NCBI GenBank assembly: GCA_963837465.1
Contig: CAWINB010000004.1
Coordinates: 586,853 to 650,852 of the forward strand
Origin: Candidatus Doudnabacteria bacterium
Lineage (GTDB): Bacteria > Patescibacteriota > Doudnabacteria > UBA920
Direction of reading: 5' to 3'
DNA length: 64,000 nt
Part shown: positions 17,542 to 27,041 of the stretch, piece after piece
How positions within the stretch are numbered: the stretch's first letter is position 1
How the letters are laid out: every line of letters starts with the position of its first letter
Notes under the pieces: generated by a model
Databases searched by the model: none
What the model was told of the DNA's origin: nothing
Seen by the model: the letters and a program-made list of their open reading frames with translations, nothing else
Made by a program: the position numbers and the translations under genes

Positions 17542-18867
17542 TTATCTCCACGATCTGTTGCCACTTTGCGTAGAAGGCCCGCGCGATCCCCGCGCGTAGC
17601 CGCCGGGACGGCGGAATTCGCCCTGGGAATTCGCGCGGGCAAAGCGGGAGGAGCTACTGTTGCCCGAAGAAGGACGACGGCCAAAACCGCCGCGTTGCGG
17701 CGGCGGGCTGTAAGGAGCCGGAGTGTGGGCCGGAAGCGAAGCCTTGCCCAAAGGCAGGTTCATCCTGATTAGCCGTTCAATGCTTTTAACCTCAAATTTT
17801 TGGTCGGGCGTGGCAAAAGAAATGGCTTTGCCGGACATTCCGGCGCGGCCGGTGCGACCGATTCTGTGGACGTAATCTTCGGAAGTCGAGGGTAAGTCGT
17901 AGTTAACCACCAGCTGGATGCCGGTAACATCTATACCTCTGGCCGCTATGTCCGTTGCCACCAAAACTCTGTAACGGCCGATTTTAAAACCTTCCAAAGC
18001 TTCTATTCTCTGGTTTAAAGAGCGGTTGGAATGGATTTCCGAGGCGGTATGTCCGTAGTTGCGGATAGTTTGGGCGATTTTTTTTGCCGCGAATTTAGTG
18101 CGGGAAAAAACCAAAATGCTGCCGGTGTATTCACTGAGGATATTTTGTAAAAGTTTGGCCTTGTCTTCTTTGCGCACAAAAAACAGTTCCTGCTCCACCA
18201 GTTCAATGGCCGTGCCCGCGGGCGCCACTTCTATTCTCAGCGGCAGGGACATATAAGATTTGGCAATGTCCACAATTTCGTTGGGCATAGTGGCGGAAAA
18301 AAGTAAGGTCTGCCTGACTTTGGGCACCGTGGCCAGAATTTTTTTAATCTGCGGCGCGAAACCCATATCCAGCATCCTGTCGGCTTCATCCAAAACCAAA
18401 ATGCTGACAGTAGTTAAACTGATCTGGCGGCTTTCCAGATGATCAATCAGCCTGCCCGGAGTGGCAATAATAATATGCGGGTTCATTCTTAACATCTTAA
18501 TTTGTTTGCCCATGCTCTCGCCGCCAATTAGTATGGCGGTTTTAAGTCCCAGACTGCCGCCGATTTTTTTTAAAGTTTCATTAACCTGAAGCGCCAATTC
18601 TCGGGTCGGTAAAATCACCAGACCTTTTTGTTTGCCGCCAGCTTGCGCCAGCCTTTGTATCATCGGTACGCCAAAAGCCAGGGTCTTGCCCGTGCCGGTT
18701 TGCGCGATACCCATAATGTCCTTGCCTTGTATGGCAGGAGGAATAGATTGATGCTGAATAGGCGTTGGCGTAATAAACTTATGCGCCTGCAAAATTTGCA
18801 AAAGCTTGGGCGCGATGCCCAAATTCTGAAAGCCGTTTGGGATAGTTGTTGATGGTGTAGTATTCAT
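17542..18867 (-). CDS. DEAD-box RNA helicase (RhlE/CshA-like)
   Basis: Q motif, AQTGTGKT, PTRELA, DEAD, SAT, HRIGRTGRAG; R/G/S-rich tail. Confidence 0.96.
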   Translation of the reverse strand: MNTTPSTTIPNGFQNLGIAPKLLQILQAHKFITPTPIQHQSIPPAIQGKDIMGIAQTGTGKTLAFGVPMIQRLAQAGGKQKGLVILPTRELALQVNETLKKIGGSLGLKTAILIGGESMGKQIKMLRMNPHIIIATPGRLIDHLESRQISLTTVSILVLDEADRMLDMGFAPQIKKILATVPKVRQTLLFSATMPNEIVDIAKSYMSLPLRIEVAPAGTAIELVEQELFFVRKEDKAKLLQNILSEYTGSILVFSRTKFAAKKIAQTIRNYGHTASEIHSNRSLNQRIEALEGFKIGRYRVLVATDIAARGIDVTGIQLVVNYDLPSTSEDYVHRIGRTGRAGMSGKAISFATPDQKFEVKSIERLIRMNLPLGKASLPAHTPAPYSPPPQRGGFGRRPSSGNSSSSRFARANSQGEFRRPGGYARGSRGPSTQSGNRSWR

Positions 18868-19153
18868 AAGCGTCTTTTCTACTAAGAACCTATCTTACCA
18901 TAAATTTTGGTTTCTGTCCAGTCTTGCCGGTAATATGTACAGACATATGGCGGTTTTCAGAAAGGTGCCCTAAATCAAGGCCATCAATAAACATCTCGCG
19001 TAACCTCAATTTTAGCGCTTTTTTCCAAATTTTGGCCGTAAAACCTTTATCGGAACTTAACCGTAGCCGTTGGCCGCGCTTTTGTTCCCCTTGAGGTTTT
19101 TCGCTCAAAATTGTGAAAAAAATCATCTAAAAGCAGGTTACGCGAGAGGCATA

Positions 19154-19192
19154 TTAAAAAACCGCCCTGCTCGAGTGCGAGGGCGGATTTTT
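19154..19192. terminator. Intrinsic terminator downstream of 19198-19587
   Basis: AAAAAACCGCCCT...AGGGCGGATTTTT hairpin. Confidence 0.7.
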
Positions 19193-19197
19193 AGAGT

Positions 19198-19587
19198 TTA
19201 CTGCGGGGTAATGCTGTTTGAGGATGGCATCGCCGATGGGACTGACGGCGCCGTGGATGAGGCTGAGCCGCTTCTGGTTCCGCGCGTTTGGACGCGTATC
19301 ATGGGACTCCCGGGGTTATATCTCATGCGCATCCCCCCGCCGCGGCCGACAAAACCACCCGCGCCGTAAGGGTGACGCATGCTGCCCACTAAAATTCCCA
19401 GCCAAAAAACAATCAGCACGATTATAATTCCCAAAATTATCCTGAAAGCGTTATGGCCATAACCATAACCCCGCCCATGCCAGGATTTTGGCCCCTGGGA
19501 TTGGCCCGAGGGATTTTGGGAAGAGTTGTCTTGTGCTGATGGTTTGTTTACTGGATTGGTGTTTTGGATGTTTGAATTATCGTCCAT
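19198..19587 (-). CDS. Hypothetical single-TM protein with low-complexity tails
   Basis: TM segment IILGIIIVLIVFWLGILVG flanked by Gly/Ser-rich regions. Confidence 0.7.
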   Translation of the reverse strand: MDDNSNIQNTNPVNKPSAQDNSSQNPSGQSQGPKSWHGRGYGYGHNAFRIILGIIIVLIVFWLGILVGSMRHPYGAGGFVGRGGGMRMRYNPGSPMIRVQTRGTRSGSASSTAPSVPSAMPSSNSITPQ

Positions 19588-19713
19588 ATTTAATTCTAAG
19601 ATTAATTAATATTAAATTAACTCCGCCTAAATTGTACGATTTTTTTTGACATAAAGATGCAATTATAAAAGCCCTTTTATTTGGGGGATTTTTACGCGTT
19701 GACGAAGTTGGTT

Positions 19714-21291
19714 TTAGGCAAACCCCGGGAAAAAGTCGCTTTTAACATGGCTTTTTTTAATGCCCATTTGGCTTAAAACCGCCTCAAAATTATCCACCAT
19801 AGACTTGGGTCCGGAAACGTAAAATATCCTGTCCCGGTAGTCGGGGACTTTGTTTTGGATCATGGCGAGGTCAATGTACCCGATTTCCCCGGACCAGGAA
19901 TTTTGCCCGTCGTTTTTTGTCACGGTGTAAATAGTTTTAATGCCGAGTCGGTTTTCCGCTTCATCCAGAATTTCTTTATAAACCACGTCCTCGGGCGACC
20001 TGCTGGCGTAAAAAATTATGATATCGCGCTTTTCTTTGGCATCCATCAAGTATTTAAGCATGCTGCGGAAAGGCGTAATGCCGATGCCGCCGGCAATAAA
20101 GGCCAGTTTTTGGTTTTTGTTTTTGGGCAAAGTAAAATCTCCGGCTAATTGCCCGGCCATAATGGTTTGTCCCGGCAACATGGCCAGCAGGGATTTTTTA
20201 AAGCTGCTCGCCCCGTGGGAACCTGTTTTTTTTACGGGGCTCGCCCCGCGCGTTTTATTTGCCATTTCCGGCGGCCGATAAAACTTTACCCCCAAAATAA
20301 TTTCGCTTTCCGTCGGCGATGAAGCCAGGGTAAAATAGCGGCGGTTGCCCCGGTTGTCCGGGTTTTTGTGGCCCAAAGTCCATTCCAGATATTGGCCCGC
20401 GGAAAACCGGATTTTTTTATCGGCCTGAAAAATGAAATCGTAAATATCCGGGGATTTTTGGATTTTTTGTTTTAGGGTCAGCATCAGTTTTTGTTTGGGG
20501 CTGACTATGTAGGCAAAAATATTCCCAATACAGAGTGCCAGTTCAGGCGTGGAATAAATGCCGCCTATATGCAGCAGCGGAGAGAATAAAAAACCGGTCA
20601 GGACGCCGTAAGCTATTTGTAAATTGTTGGTGGGCGGGGTGGTTAGCGGCTCGGTCAGCATTATAAAACCCAAAAAAAACAGCGGCGTGTCCAGGAGCAA
20701 TTCTTTGGCAATAACCGTAACGCTGCTGCCGTTAAAAACCCCCAAAGTCAGGCAGGTTAAAGCCGCGGCCACAAAAAACCCAAACACCAAATCCCAGCGC
20801 TGGATTTTTCTTACGATTAAAAATCCGGTGATTAAGACCAGCGGCAGCATAGAGGCCGTGCCGACCCACCAACTTGCCGATTGCCCCAAAGCGAAGGAAG
20901 TAATAACTACGGCAATGGCCGCCGGGTTAAAAATATGTTTTTTCCCTATGGCTAAAACAAACTTGGACGCCATGGCCAAAATTCCGGCCGTGAGTAAAAA
21001 CAAATAGTCATTCCCGGTTTTGGCCGGGGTAATTATGAGGGCCAAAATCAGGGCGGTAATGTAAACCGATTCCAGGTTGGCGTGGGTTCTAAACACCGCG
21101 CAAAACAGCCGGTTGCCCAGCCAGCAGACAGCGGTTAAAAACAGAGCGGAAAAAATTATGGGGAAAAAACCGTAAGATAAAATGCCAAACAGGCTTAAAG
21201 TAGCCGCGCCGGCCAAAAGTACAATCAGAGAATACAGCACCAGGCGGTACATGGTAATCCTGTTTAGGAAGTTGTCTATGGGTTTTAGCAT
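19714..21291 (-). CDS. RnfD/NqrB-like membrane domain fused to an FAD/NAD(P)H-binding (FNR-type) oxidoreductase
   Basis: KHIFNPAA and MLTEPLTTP (RnfD/NqrB-like); RRYFTLASSP, IAGGIGITPFRS, FYVSGP (FNR). Confidence 0.85.
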   Translation of the reverse strand: MLKPIDNFLNRITMYRLVLYSLIVLLAGAATLSLFGILSYGFFPIIFSALFLTAVCWLGNRLFCAVFRTHANLESVYITALILALIITPAKTGNDYLFLLTAGILAMASKFVLAIGKKHIFNPAAIAVVITSFALGQSASWWVGTASMLPLVLITGFLIVRKIQRWDLVFGFFVAAALTCLTLGVFNGSSVTVIAKELLLDTPLFFLGFIMLTEPLTTPPTNNLQIAYGVLTGFLFSPLLHIGGIYSTPELALCIGNIFAYIVSPKQKLMLTLKQKIQKSPDIYDFIFQADKKIRFSAGQYLEWTLGHKNPDNRGNRRYFTLASSPTESEIILGVKFYRPPEMANKTRGASPVKKTGSHGASSFKKSLLAMLPGQTIMAGQLAGDFTLPKNKNQKLAFIAGGIGITPFRSMLKYLMDAKEKRDIIIFYASRSPEDVVYKEILDEAENRLGIKTIYTVTKNDGQNSWSGEIGYIDLAMIQNKVPDYRDRIFYVSGPKSMVDNFEAVLSQMGIKKSHVKSDFFPGFA

Positions 21292-21347
21292 GGAGTGTTT
21301 ATGGAGGATATTAAGATATTGATAGGTATAACCGCGGAGCAATATCC

Positions 21348-22094
21348 TTAATATCCTGCGGTATATTTTTCAAACCCGCTCGTCATAGTCGCGACGCCGT
21401 CTTTGTCCACGACATATCCCTCCAGTCCGTCCAGTTGCTCTATAAAAGTAATGCCGTCTTTGCCCATGGCAAAGGCGGCGGTGGCAAAGCGATCGGCTTC
21501 ATAGACATTGGGACCGAGCACGGTTATGCTGACAATCTCAATAATGAGGGAGTCGCTGAAAGGATTGTAGATATGCTGGTCGCGCTCGTAGGTTCCGGAG
21601 GTGGCAAGCCCGGCATTGTTCAGCTCCACTACTTTTATTATTTCTTTGGGCTTAAAAGGATTGCGAATGCCCGCGCGCCAGGATTGGCCGTCTTTATTTT
21701 GGCCGTAAGCCTGGATATCGCCGCCGGCCTCGACGTAAAAATTTTTAAAACCGGTTTGCTTAAGCAAACCGGAAGCCTGATAAACCGCCCAACCTTTAAC
21801 CAGGCCCGACGGGTCAATTTTTCCTTTATGGGAAATATCAAAATAACCCCGGCTCTGGTTTTTTGTCTGTTCAGCCAGGCTGAAAATTTCTTTCATCCCG
21901 GGGCTGTAGTCGGTGGGGTTTATTTCCCGGCGGTTGATTTTTGAAATTTCGCTTTGGGGCTTAAAAGGGCTGAATTTCCCGTCAACCCTTATAAAGTAAT
22001 CAAAAATTTTTTCTATATCAGTTTCACGAACATTACCGTCCATAACTTCAATGGTAATAGGCATGCCCATAATATCTGTTCTGGTCTTTTTCAT
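21348..22094 (-). CDS. apbE: FAD:protein FMN transferase (short, no signal peptide)
   Basis: DPSGLVKGWAV, EAGGDI, LATSGTYER..HIYNP, ADRFATAAFAMG. Confidence 0.9.
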   Translation of the reverse strand: MKKTRTDIMGMPITIEVMDGNVRETDIEKIFDYFIRVDGKFSPFKPQSEISKINRREINPTDYSPGMKEIFSLAEQTKNQSRGYFDISHKGKIDPSGLVKGWAVYQASGLLKQTGFKNFYVEAGGDIQAYGQNKDGQSWRAGIRNPFKPKEIIKVVELNNAGLATSGTYERDQHIYNPFSDSLIIEIVSITVLGPNVYEADRFATAAFAMGKDGITFIEQLDGLEGYVVDKDGVATMTSGFEKYTAGY

Positions 22095-22166
22095 ATAGTT
22101 AAGATATTCGGGGCAAGACGCCGAAATTCTGAAATCGCGGCAGAAATGGATCTCTTCAGGCAGCCT

Positions 22167-22670
22167 CTAAGACGCCGCCTGGTTCAATGCCGACTGCAAA
22201 GATTGCGTAAATGCCTGGCTGTCCTGGGTAGCTCCGGAGACAACATCCACTTGAGCGCTTTGGGCGGCTATGGCCTCGCTTTTAAGCTGGGGCAGCGCCG
22301 TGCTGCTGACTTGGACGGAGTGCTGCGGAGCGTTGGGATACTGTAAAAACTGGATGTCCGTAAGTTTACCGCCGGAAATAACCGCCTCAACCTGGATGTT
22401 GCCGTAAACAGCATCGGCCACCGCGCCTGTGTAGCTGCCGTCTTTAAATTTTCCGGATGCTGTGGCGGGAGCGGACGGAGTTGGGGAAGTTATGGTCGTT
22501 GTGGCTGTACCGGGAGTTGAAGTTAATGGCGGGGTTGAGTTTGGAGTTTGGGTGGACGCGGTTTGCGTAGTCGTGGACAAGCTTGGAGCTTTTTGGCTTT
22601 CAGCGTGCTGGTAAAAAACATAAGCGGCAAAAATGACAACTACACCTACGGATAACAGAATTTTTTTCAT
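22167..22670 (-). CDS. Membrane-anchored FMN-binding (flavinylated) domain protein
   Basis: N-terminal TM, Thr/Ser/Pro linker, KDGSYTG, DVVSGATQDS flavinylation motif. Confidence 0.9.
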   Translation of the reverse strand: MKKILLSVGVVVIFAAYVFYQHAESQKAPSLSTTTQTASTQTPNSTPPLTSTPGTATTTITSPTPSAPATASGKFKDGSYTGAVADAVYGNIQVEAVISGGKLTDIQFLQYPNAPQHSVQVSSTALPQLKSEAIAAQSAQVDVVSGATQDSQAFTQSLQSALNQAAS

Positions 22671-22836
22671 TAGGATTAAATTTGATTAATAATTTTTTTA
22701 GTCTTTTTATTATACTATAGTACGTTATTTTTTAAAAGTCAGGCTCAAAGCCCATAAAACGAGGATTACCCTCGCTTTATATAAAAAAGTGTTATAATAA
22801 ACAAAAGGTTAAATCGGACTTAATAATATAAAATAA

Positions 22837-23874
22837 GTGGAAAATCAAAATTTTAAACCTGATGGAGCGGGAAAAAAAAGTAAAATTTTACTTTTTGCGC
22901 TCTTGGCTTTTGATATTCTGCTTTTGGTAACCTGTATTTTGCAAATAGTCTGGCCGCGCGTCAGTTTTAATAACAGCAGTTTTTTAAATCCTAAGGGTTT
23001 AATAGCTCAGCAGGAACGCGCGCTCATAGTAAAGGCCGTTTTAATAATGCTCATTGGCACAATTCCGGTTTACATTCTGATTTTTTTCTTTGCCTGGAAA
23101 TACAGGGCCGACAGGACGGAAACAAAATATTCTCCGGATTTGGAGGGTAAGGCATTGGGCGGAATCGCGCTTTGGGCGCTTCCCGCTTTAATTATTTTAG
23201 CGCTCTCGGTCATAAACTGGAAAAGCACCCACTTGCTGGATCCCTCTAACACAATCGCTTCCGGCGTGCCGCCCATAACCATAGAGGTTGTCGCTTTGCA
23301 ATGGAAATTTTTATTTATTTATCCGAAACAAAATATCGCTACCGTAAATTTTATTGAATTCCCTCAGGGTACGCCCCTGAATTTTGAGCTAACCGCGGAC
23401 GCGCCGATGAGCTCATTTTGGATTCCGCAGCTCGGCAGCCAAATTTACGCCATGGCCGGAATGCAAACACATCTAAACCTTATTGCCGACCAGCCGGGAG
23501 ATTTTAAAGGTATGGATACGGAAATAAACGGGACGGGCTTTTCGGGCATGAAATTTATTGCCAGGTCAACTTCGCGGGCGGACTTTGACCAATGGGTGGC
23601 ATCGGTAAAACAATCCGGCGCCAAGCTTAATCTGGATGATTACAATCAACTGGCCGAACCCAGCCAGAACAACCCCCAGGCTTACTATTCGTCCGTCGAT
23701 CCCGGTCTGTATGATACAATTATGATGAAAAATATGATGCCCATGACCCAGGCGCGAATGGAGCAGATGAGCAGTTTGGGATTGGGTGCCGCGAATTCTT
23801 CCGCAACGACTATGCCGGGAATGAATATGGGCAGTTCGTCGCCAATGAACATGCAGGGGATGGACATGAAGTAG
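22837..23874 (+). CDS. cyoA: Cytochrome bo3 quinol oxidase subunit II
   Basis: LNPKGLIA, WKYR, IEVVALQWKFLFIYP, SFWIPQLGSQIYAMAGM; no CuA motif. Confidence 0.93.
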   Translation: MENQNFKPDGAGKKSKILLFALLAFDILLLVTCILQIVWPRVSFNNSSFLNPKGLIAQQERALIVKAVLIMLIGTIPVYILIFFFAWKYRADRTETKYSPDLEGKALGGIALWALPALIILALSVINWKSTHLLDPSNTIASGVPPITIEVVALQWKFLFIYPKQNIATVNFIEFPQGTPLNFELTADAPMSSFWIPQLGSQIYAMAGMQTHLNLIADQPGDFKGMDTEINGTGFSGMKFIARSTSRADFDQWVASVKQSGAKLNLDDYNQLAEPSQNNPQAYYSSVDPGLYDTIMMKNMMPMTQARMEQMSSLGLGAANSSATTMPGMNMGSSSPMNMQGMDMK

Positions 23875-23898
23875 AACCTATTTTTCAAATAGGTTCTA
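23872..23898. repeat. Collapsed MITE-like palindrome TAGAACCTATTT-TTC-AAATAGGTTCTA
   Basis: Perfect 12-bp inverted repeat supplying the cyoA TAG. Confidence 0.75.
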
Positions 23899-23927
23899 AG
23901 TAGTCCATCTTATTGGCTGGAAAAACT

Positions 23928-25979
23928 ATGGAACATTTTCTTTTAGGAAAACTTACCTGGGACGCGCTGCCGCACGAGTGGTTTACCATTGGCGGGACGG
24001 TTGCCATTGGCATTGGCGGCTTGTTTGTCGCGATTCTGTTAACCTGTCTTAAACGCTGGAAATGGCTATGGAAGGAATGGCTTACGTCCACCGATCCCAA
24101 AAAAATCGGGGTCATGTACATTGTTGTGGCCTCGCTGATGCTGTTTCGCGGCGCGGTTGACGCGGGAATGATATGGCTGCAACAGTCGCTTTCCGTTGGA
24201 ACATCGCAAGGATATTTAAACGCCGACCACTTCCAGCAAATTTTTACCGCGCACGGCTCCATTATGATTCTTTTTGTGACCATGGGTTTTTTGTTCGGCC
24301 TGATGAACTATATTATCCCCCTGCAAATTGGCGCGCGCGATGTTGCCTTTCCGCTTCTAAATACTTTGAGTTTCTGGCTGTATGTCGCCGGGGCCGTGCT
24401 GATTAACCTGTTTTTTGTGGTTGGCGGACAATTCGCCGCCGCCGGCTGGCTGTCCATGCCGCCGCTGTCGGAACTGGCCTACAGCCCGGGCGTGGGCGTG
24501 GATTATTGGATATGGAGTTTGCAAATCTCCGGCCTGGGCAGTTTGCTGTCCGGAATTAATTTTCTTGTAACCATCGTAAAAATGCGCGCTCCCGGAATGA
24601 CGCTGATGAAAATGCCCATGTTCGCCTGGACTACTCTTTGCAGCATGATTCTGGTTATTTCCGCTTTCCCTATTCTTACCATGACCCTTATCCTGCTTTC
24701 CCTGGACCGGACTTTGGGCATGCATTTTTTTACTTCCAGTTTTGGCGGCAATCCCATGATGTACGTCAATTTAATTTGGTCGTGGGGACATCCGGAAGTT
24801 TATATACTCATGATTCCGGCCTTTGGTATTTATTCGGAGGTCGTAACTACCTTCAGCAGGAAAAAATTGTTCGGCCACACCGCGGCTGTGGCAGCGACTA
24901 TTGGCATTACGCTTATGTCTATGCTGGTCTGGCTGCACCATTTTTTTACCATGGGCGCGGGAGCCGATGTAAACGCTTTCTTCGGCATCATGACCATGAT
25001 TATCGCCATTCCCACGGGCGTGCTGGTCTACAATTGGCTGGCGACTATGTTTAGGGGACGGATTACTTTTGCCACACCTATGTACTGGTTTATGGGTTTT
25101 GTCTGTACTTTTACCATGGGCGGCATGGCCGGCGTGCTGATGGGTATACCCGGGGCGGATTACCTGCTGCACAATACTTTATTTTTAGTGGCGCATTTTC
25201 ATACCATGGTCATCGGGGGCGCCCTGTTCGGGATTTTTGCCGGCATTACCTACTGGTGGCCCAAGGTCACGGGGTTTCGGCTGAACGAACGGATTGGCAA
25301 ATATGCTTTTTGGCTTTGGATAGTCGGATTTTTTACCTCGTTTTTACCGCTCTATATTCTGGGTTTTATGGGAGCTACCAGGCGCATGGACCATTACGAC
25401 CCTTCCACCGGCTTTCAACCTCTGTTTATAATCGCGGGATGCGGTTTTGTAATTATTTGCTGCGCCGCCGCCGCGCAAATCTGGCAGATTATAGTTAGCG
25501 TTATGGAACGCAAAGCAACCGTTGATACTACCGGCGACCCGTGGGATGGACGCACGCTTGAGTGGGCAACGTCATCCCCGCCGCCGATTTACAATTTCGC
25601 CATTATACCTACAGTAACTACGCGGGATGCTTTTTGGGAAGCCAAACAATCAAGTGTCATTGCGAGCGCGGCCGAAGCAATCTTTCCATCGACGGGAAAG
25701 ATTGCTTCGTCGCCAGGTAAAGCCCTGGCTCCTCGCAATGACACTCGGCTGGTCTATGAAGACATCATGATGCCAAAAAATACGGCCATGGGGATATACA
25801 TATCCGGTTTCGTTTTCCTGATGGGTTTCGCCCTGGTCTGGCATATTTGGTGGCTGTTGGTTGTGGGATTAATCGGCGCGGTTGTTTGCGTTATAGTTCG
25901 CGCGTTTGAGGAAGAAACGGAATACGTAATCCCGGCGGCGGAAGTGGAGAGGATGGAAAAAGATAGTAAAAGAAAATAG
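23928..25979 (+). CDS. cyoB: Cytochrome bo3 quinol oxidase subunit I
   Basis: TAHG, WGHPEVY, WLHHFF, AHFH heme/CuB ligands; quinol-site R..D and H..Q retained. Confidence 0.97.
   Translation: MEHFLLGKLTWDALPHEWFTIGGTVAIGIGGLFVAILLTCLKRWKWLWKEWLTSTDPKKIGVMYIVVASLMLFRGAVDAGMIWLQQSLSVGTSQGYLNADHFQQIFTAHGSIMILFVTMGFLFGLMNYIIPLQIGARDVAFPLLNTLSFWLYVAGAVLINLFFVVGGQFAAAGWLSMPPLSELAYSPGVGVDYWIWSLQISGLGSLLSGINFLVTIVKMRAPGMTLMKMPMFAWTTLCSMILVISAFPILTMTLILLSLDRTLGMHFFTSSFGGNPMMYVNLIWSWGHPEVYILMIPAFGIYSEVVTTFSRKKLFGHTAAVAATIGITLMSMLVWLHHFFTMGAGADVNAFFGIMTMIIAIPTGVLVYNWLATMFRGRITFATPMYWFMGFVCTFTMGGMAGVLMGIPGADYLLHNTLFLVAHFHTMVIGGALFGIFAGITYWWPKVTGFRLNERIGKYAFWLWIVGFFTSFLPLYILGFMGATRRMDHYDPSTGFQPLFIIAGCGFVIICCAAAAQIWQIIVSVMERKATVDTTGDPWDGRTLEWATSSPPPIYNFAIIPTVTTRDAFWEAKQSSVIASAAEAIFPSTGKIASSPGKALAPRNDTRLVYEDIMMPKNTAMGIYISGFVFLMGFALVWHIWWLLVVGLIGAVVCVIVRAFEEETEYVIPAAEVERMEKDSKRK
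25653..25745. repeat. 93-bp palindromic element (GTCATTGCGAG...CTCGCAATGAC type) in frame inside cyoB
   Basis: 14-bp terminal IR AGTGTCATTGCGAG/CTCGCAATGACACT with two inner hairpins; 31 codons. Confidence 0.88.
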
Positions 25980-26035
25980 GTTCTAATAGGATCGGCGCTC
26001 ATAGGAATATCCTAATATCCAATATTATAAACCAA

Positions 26036-26635
26036 ATGGCAATTGATACAAATCAACAAACGATAAATAATTCTGCGCATCATGTCGACAAAACCATCTT
26101 CGGGTTTTGGGTCTACTTGATGACGGATTTGATAATGTTCGCCGCGTTGTTTGCCTGCTACGCGGTGCTGCGGACAAATACCTTTGGCGGTCCGGGTGCC
26201 GGACAACTTTTAAGTTTAGACGGCGCGCTGGCGGAAACTTTGATATTGCTCGCCAGCAGTTTTACCTGTGGCTTGGCAATGCTGGCGGTTCATAAAGGCG
26301 ACAAAAAACAGGCGCTGGTTTGGTTTGGGGTAACAGTGCTTTTGGGGCTTTTGTTTTTGACCCTGGAATTGCGCGAATTTTCCGGACTTATAGCCGGCGG
26401 CAACAGCTTTACCAGCAATGCCTTCCTGTCATCCTTTTTCGCGCTTGTGGGCACGCACGGGCTGCACATATCCATTGGCTTATTATGGATGCTGGTTTCC
26501 ATGGTTATGGTTTGGCGCCGCGGCCTTACGCCGGCCATTATAAGCAAGCTTACGCGCTTAAGTTTATTCTGGCATTTTTTGGATATTGTCTGGATTTTTA
26601 TTTTTACCATTGTATATTTATATGGGCACATTTAA
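26036..26635 (+). CDS. cyoC: Cytochrome bo3 quinol oxidase subunit III
   Basis: FGFWVYLMTD, ETLILLASSFT, LVGTHGLH, FWHFLDIVW. Confidence 0.96.
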   Translation: MAIDTNQQTINNSAHHVDKTIFGFWVYLMTDLIMFAALFACYAVLRTNTFGGPGAGQLLSLDGALAETLILLASSFTCGLAMLAVHKGDKKQALVWFGVTVLLGLLFLTLELREFSGLIAGGNSFTSNAFLSSFFALVGTHGLHISIGLLWMLVSMVMVWRRGLTPAIISKLTRLSLFWHFLDIVWIFIFTIVYLYGHI

Positions 26636-26954
26636 ATTATATTTAACAGGATTTGCGGCATCCATCATACTCACTCTGGCGGCATATTTCGCCGTGGCCG
26701 CGCATATTTTAAGCGGTTCGATGCTGATTGCCGCTATTATGGCGCTTGCGATTATTCAGCTCATCGTCCAGTTGATATTTTTCCTGCATTTGGGCAAAGG
26801 ACAGGATTCAACCTGGAATTTGGTGGTGTTTTTTTCCACAGTCACGCTTGTGTTAATAATTGTCGTAGGCTCCCTCTGGATTATGAACCACTTAAACTAC
26901 AATATGACCCCCCAGGACATCAATAATTATATGAGCAGCCAGGACGGGATATAA
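26622..26954 (+). CDS. cyoD: Cytochrome bo3 quinol oxidase subunit IV
   Basis: YLTGF..SIILT, QLIVQLIFFLHL, GSLWIMNHLNYNM. Confidence 0.95.
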   Translation: MGTFKLYLTGFAASIILTLAAYFAVAAHILSGSMLIAAIMALAIIQLIVQLIFFLHLGKGQDSTWNLVVFFSTVTLVLIIVVGSLWIMNHLNYNMTPQDINNYMSSQDGI

Positions 26955-27041
26955 AAGAATTGCGGGATATTCAGATATTGCGGATATTGCCGACAGCATA
27001 ATATCCTAATATCTAAAGTATTTATTAATGTCTGGTAACGT

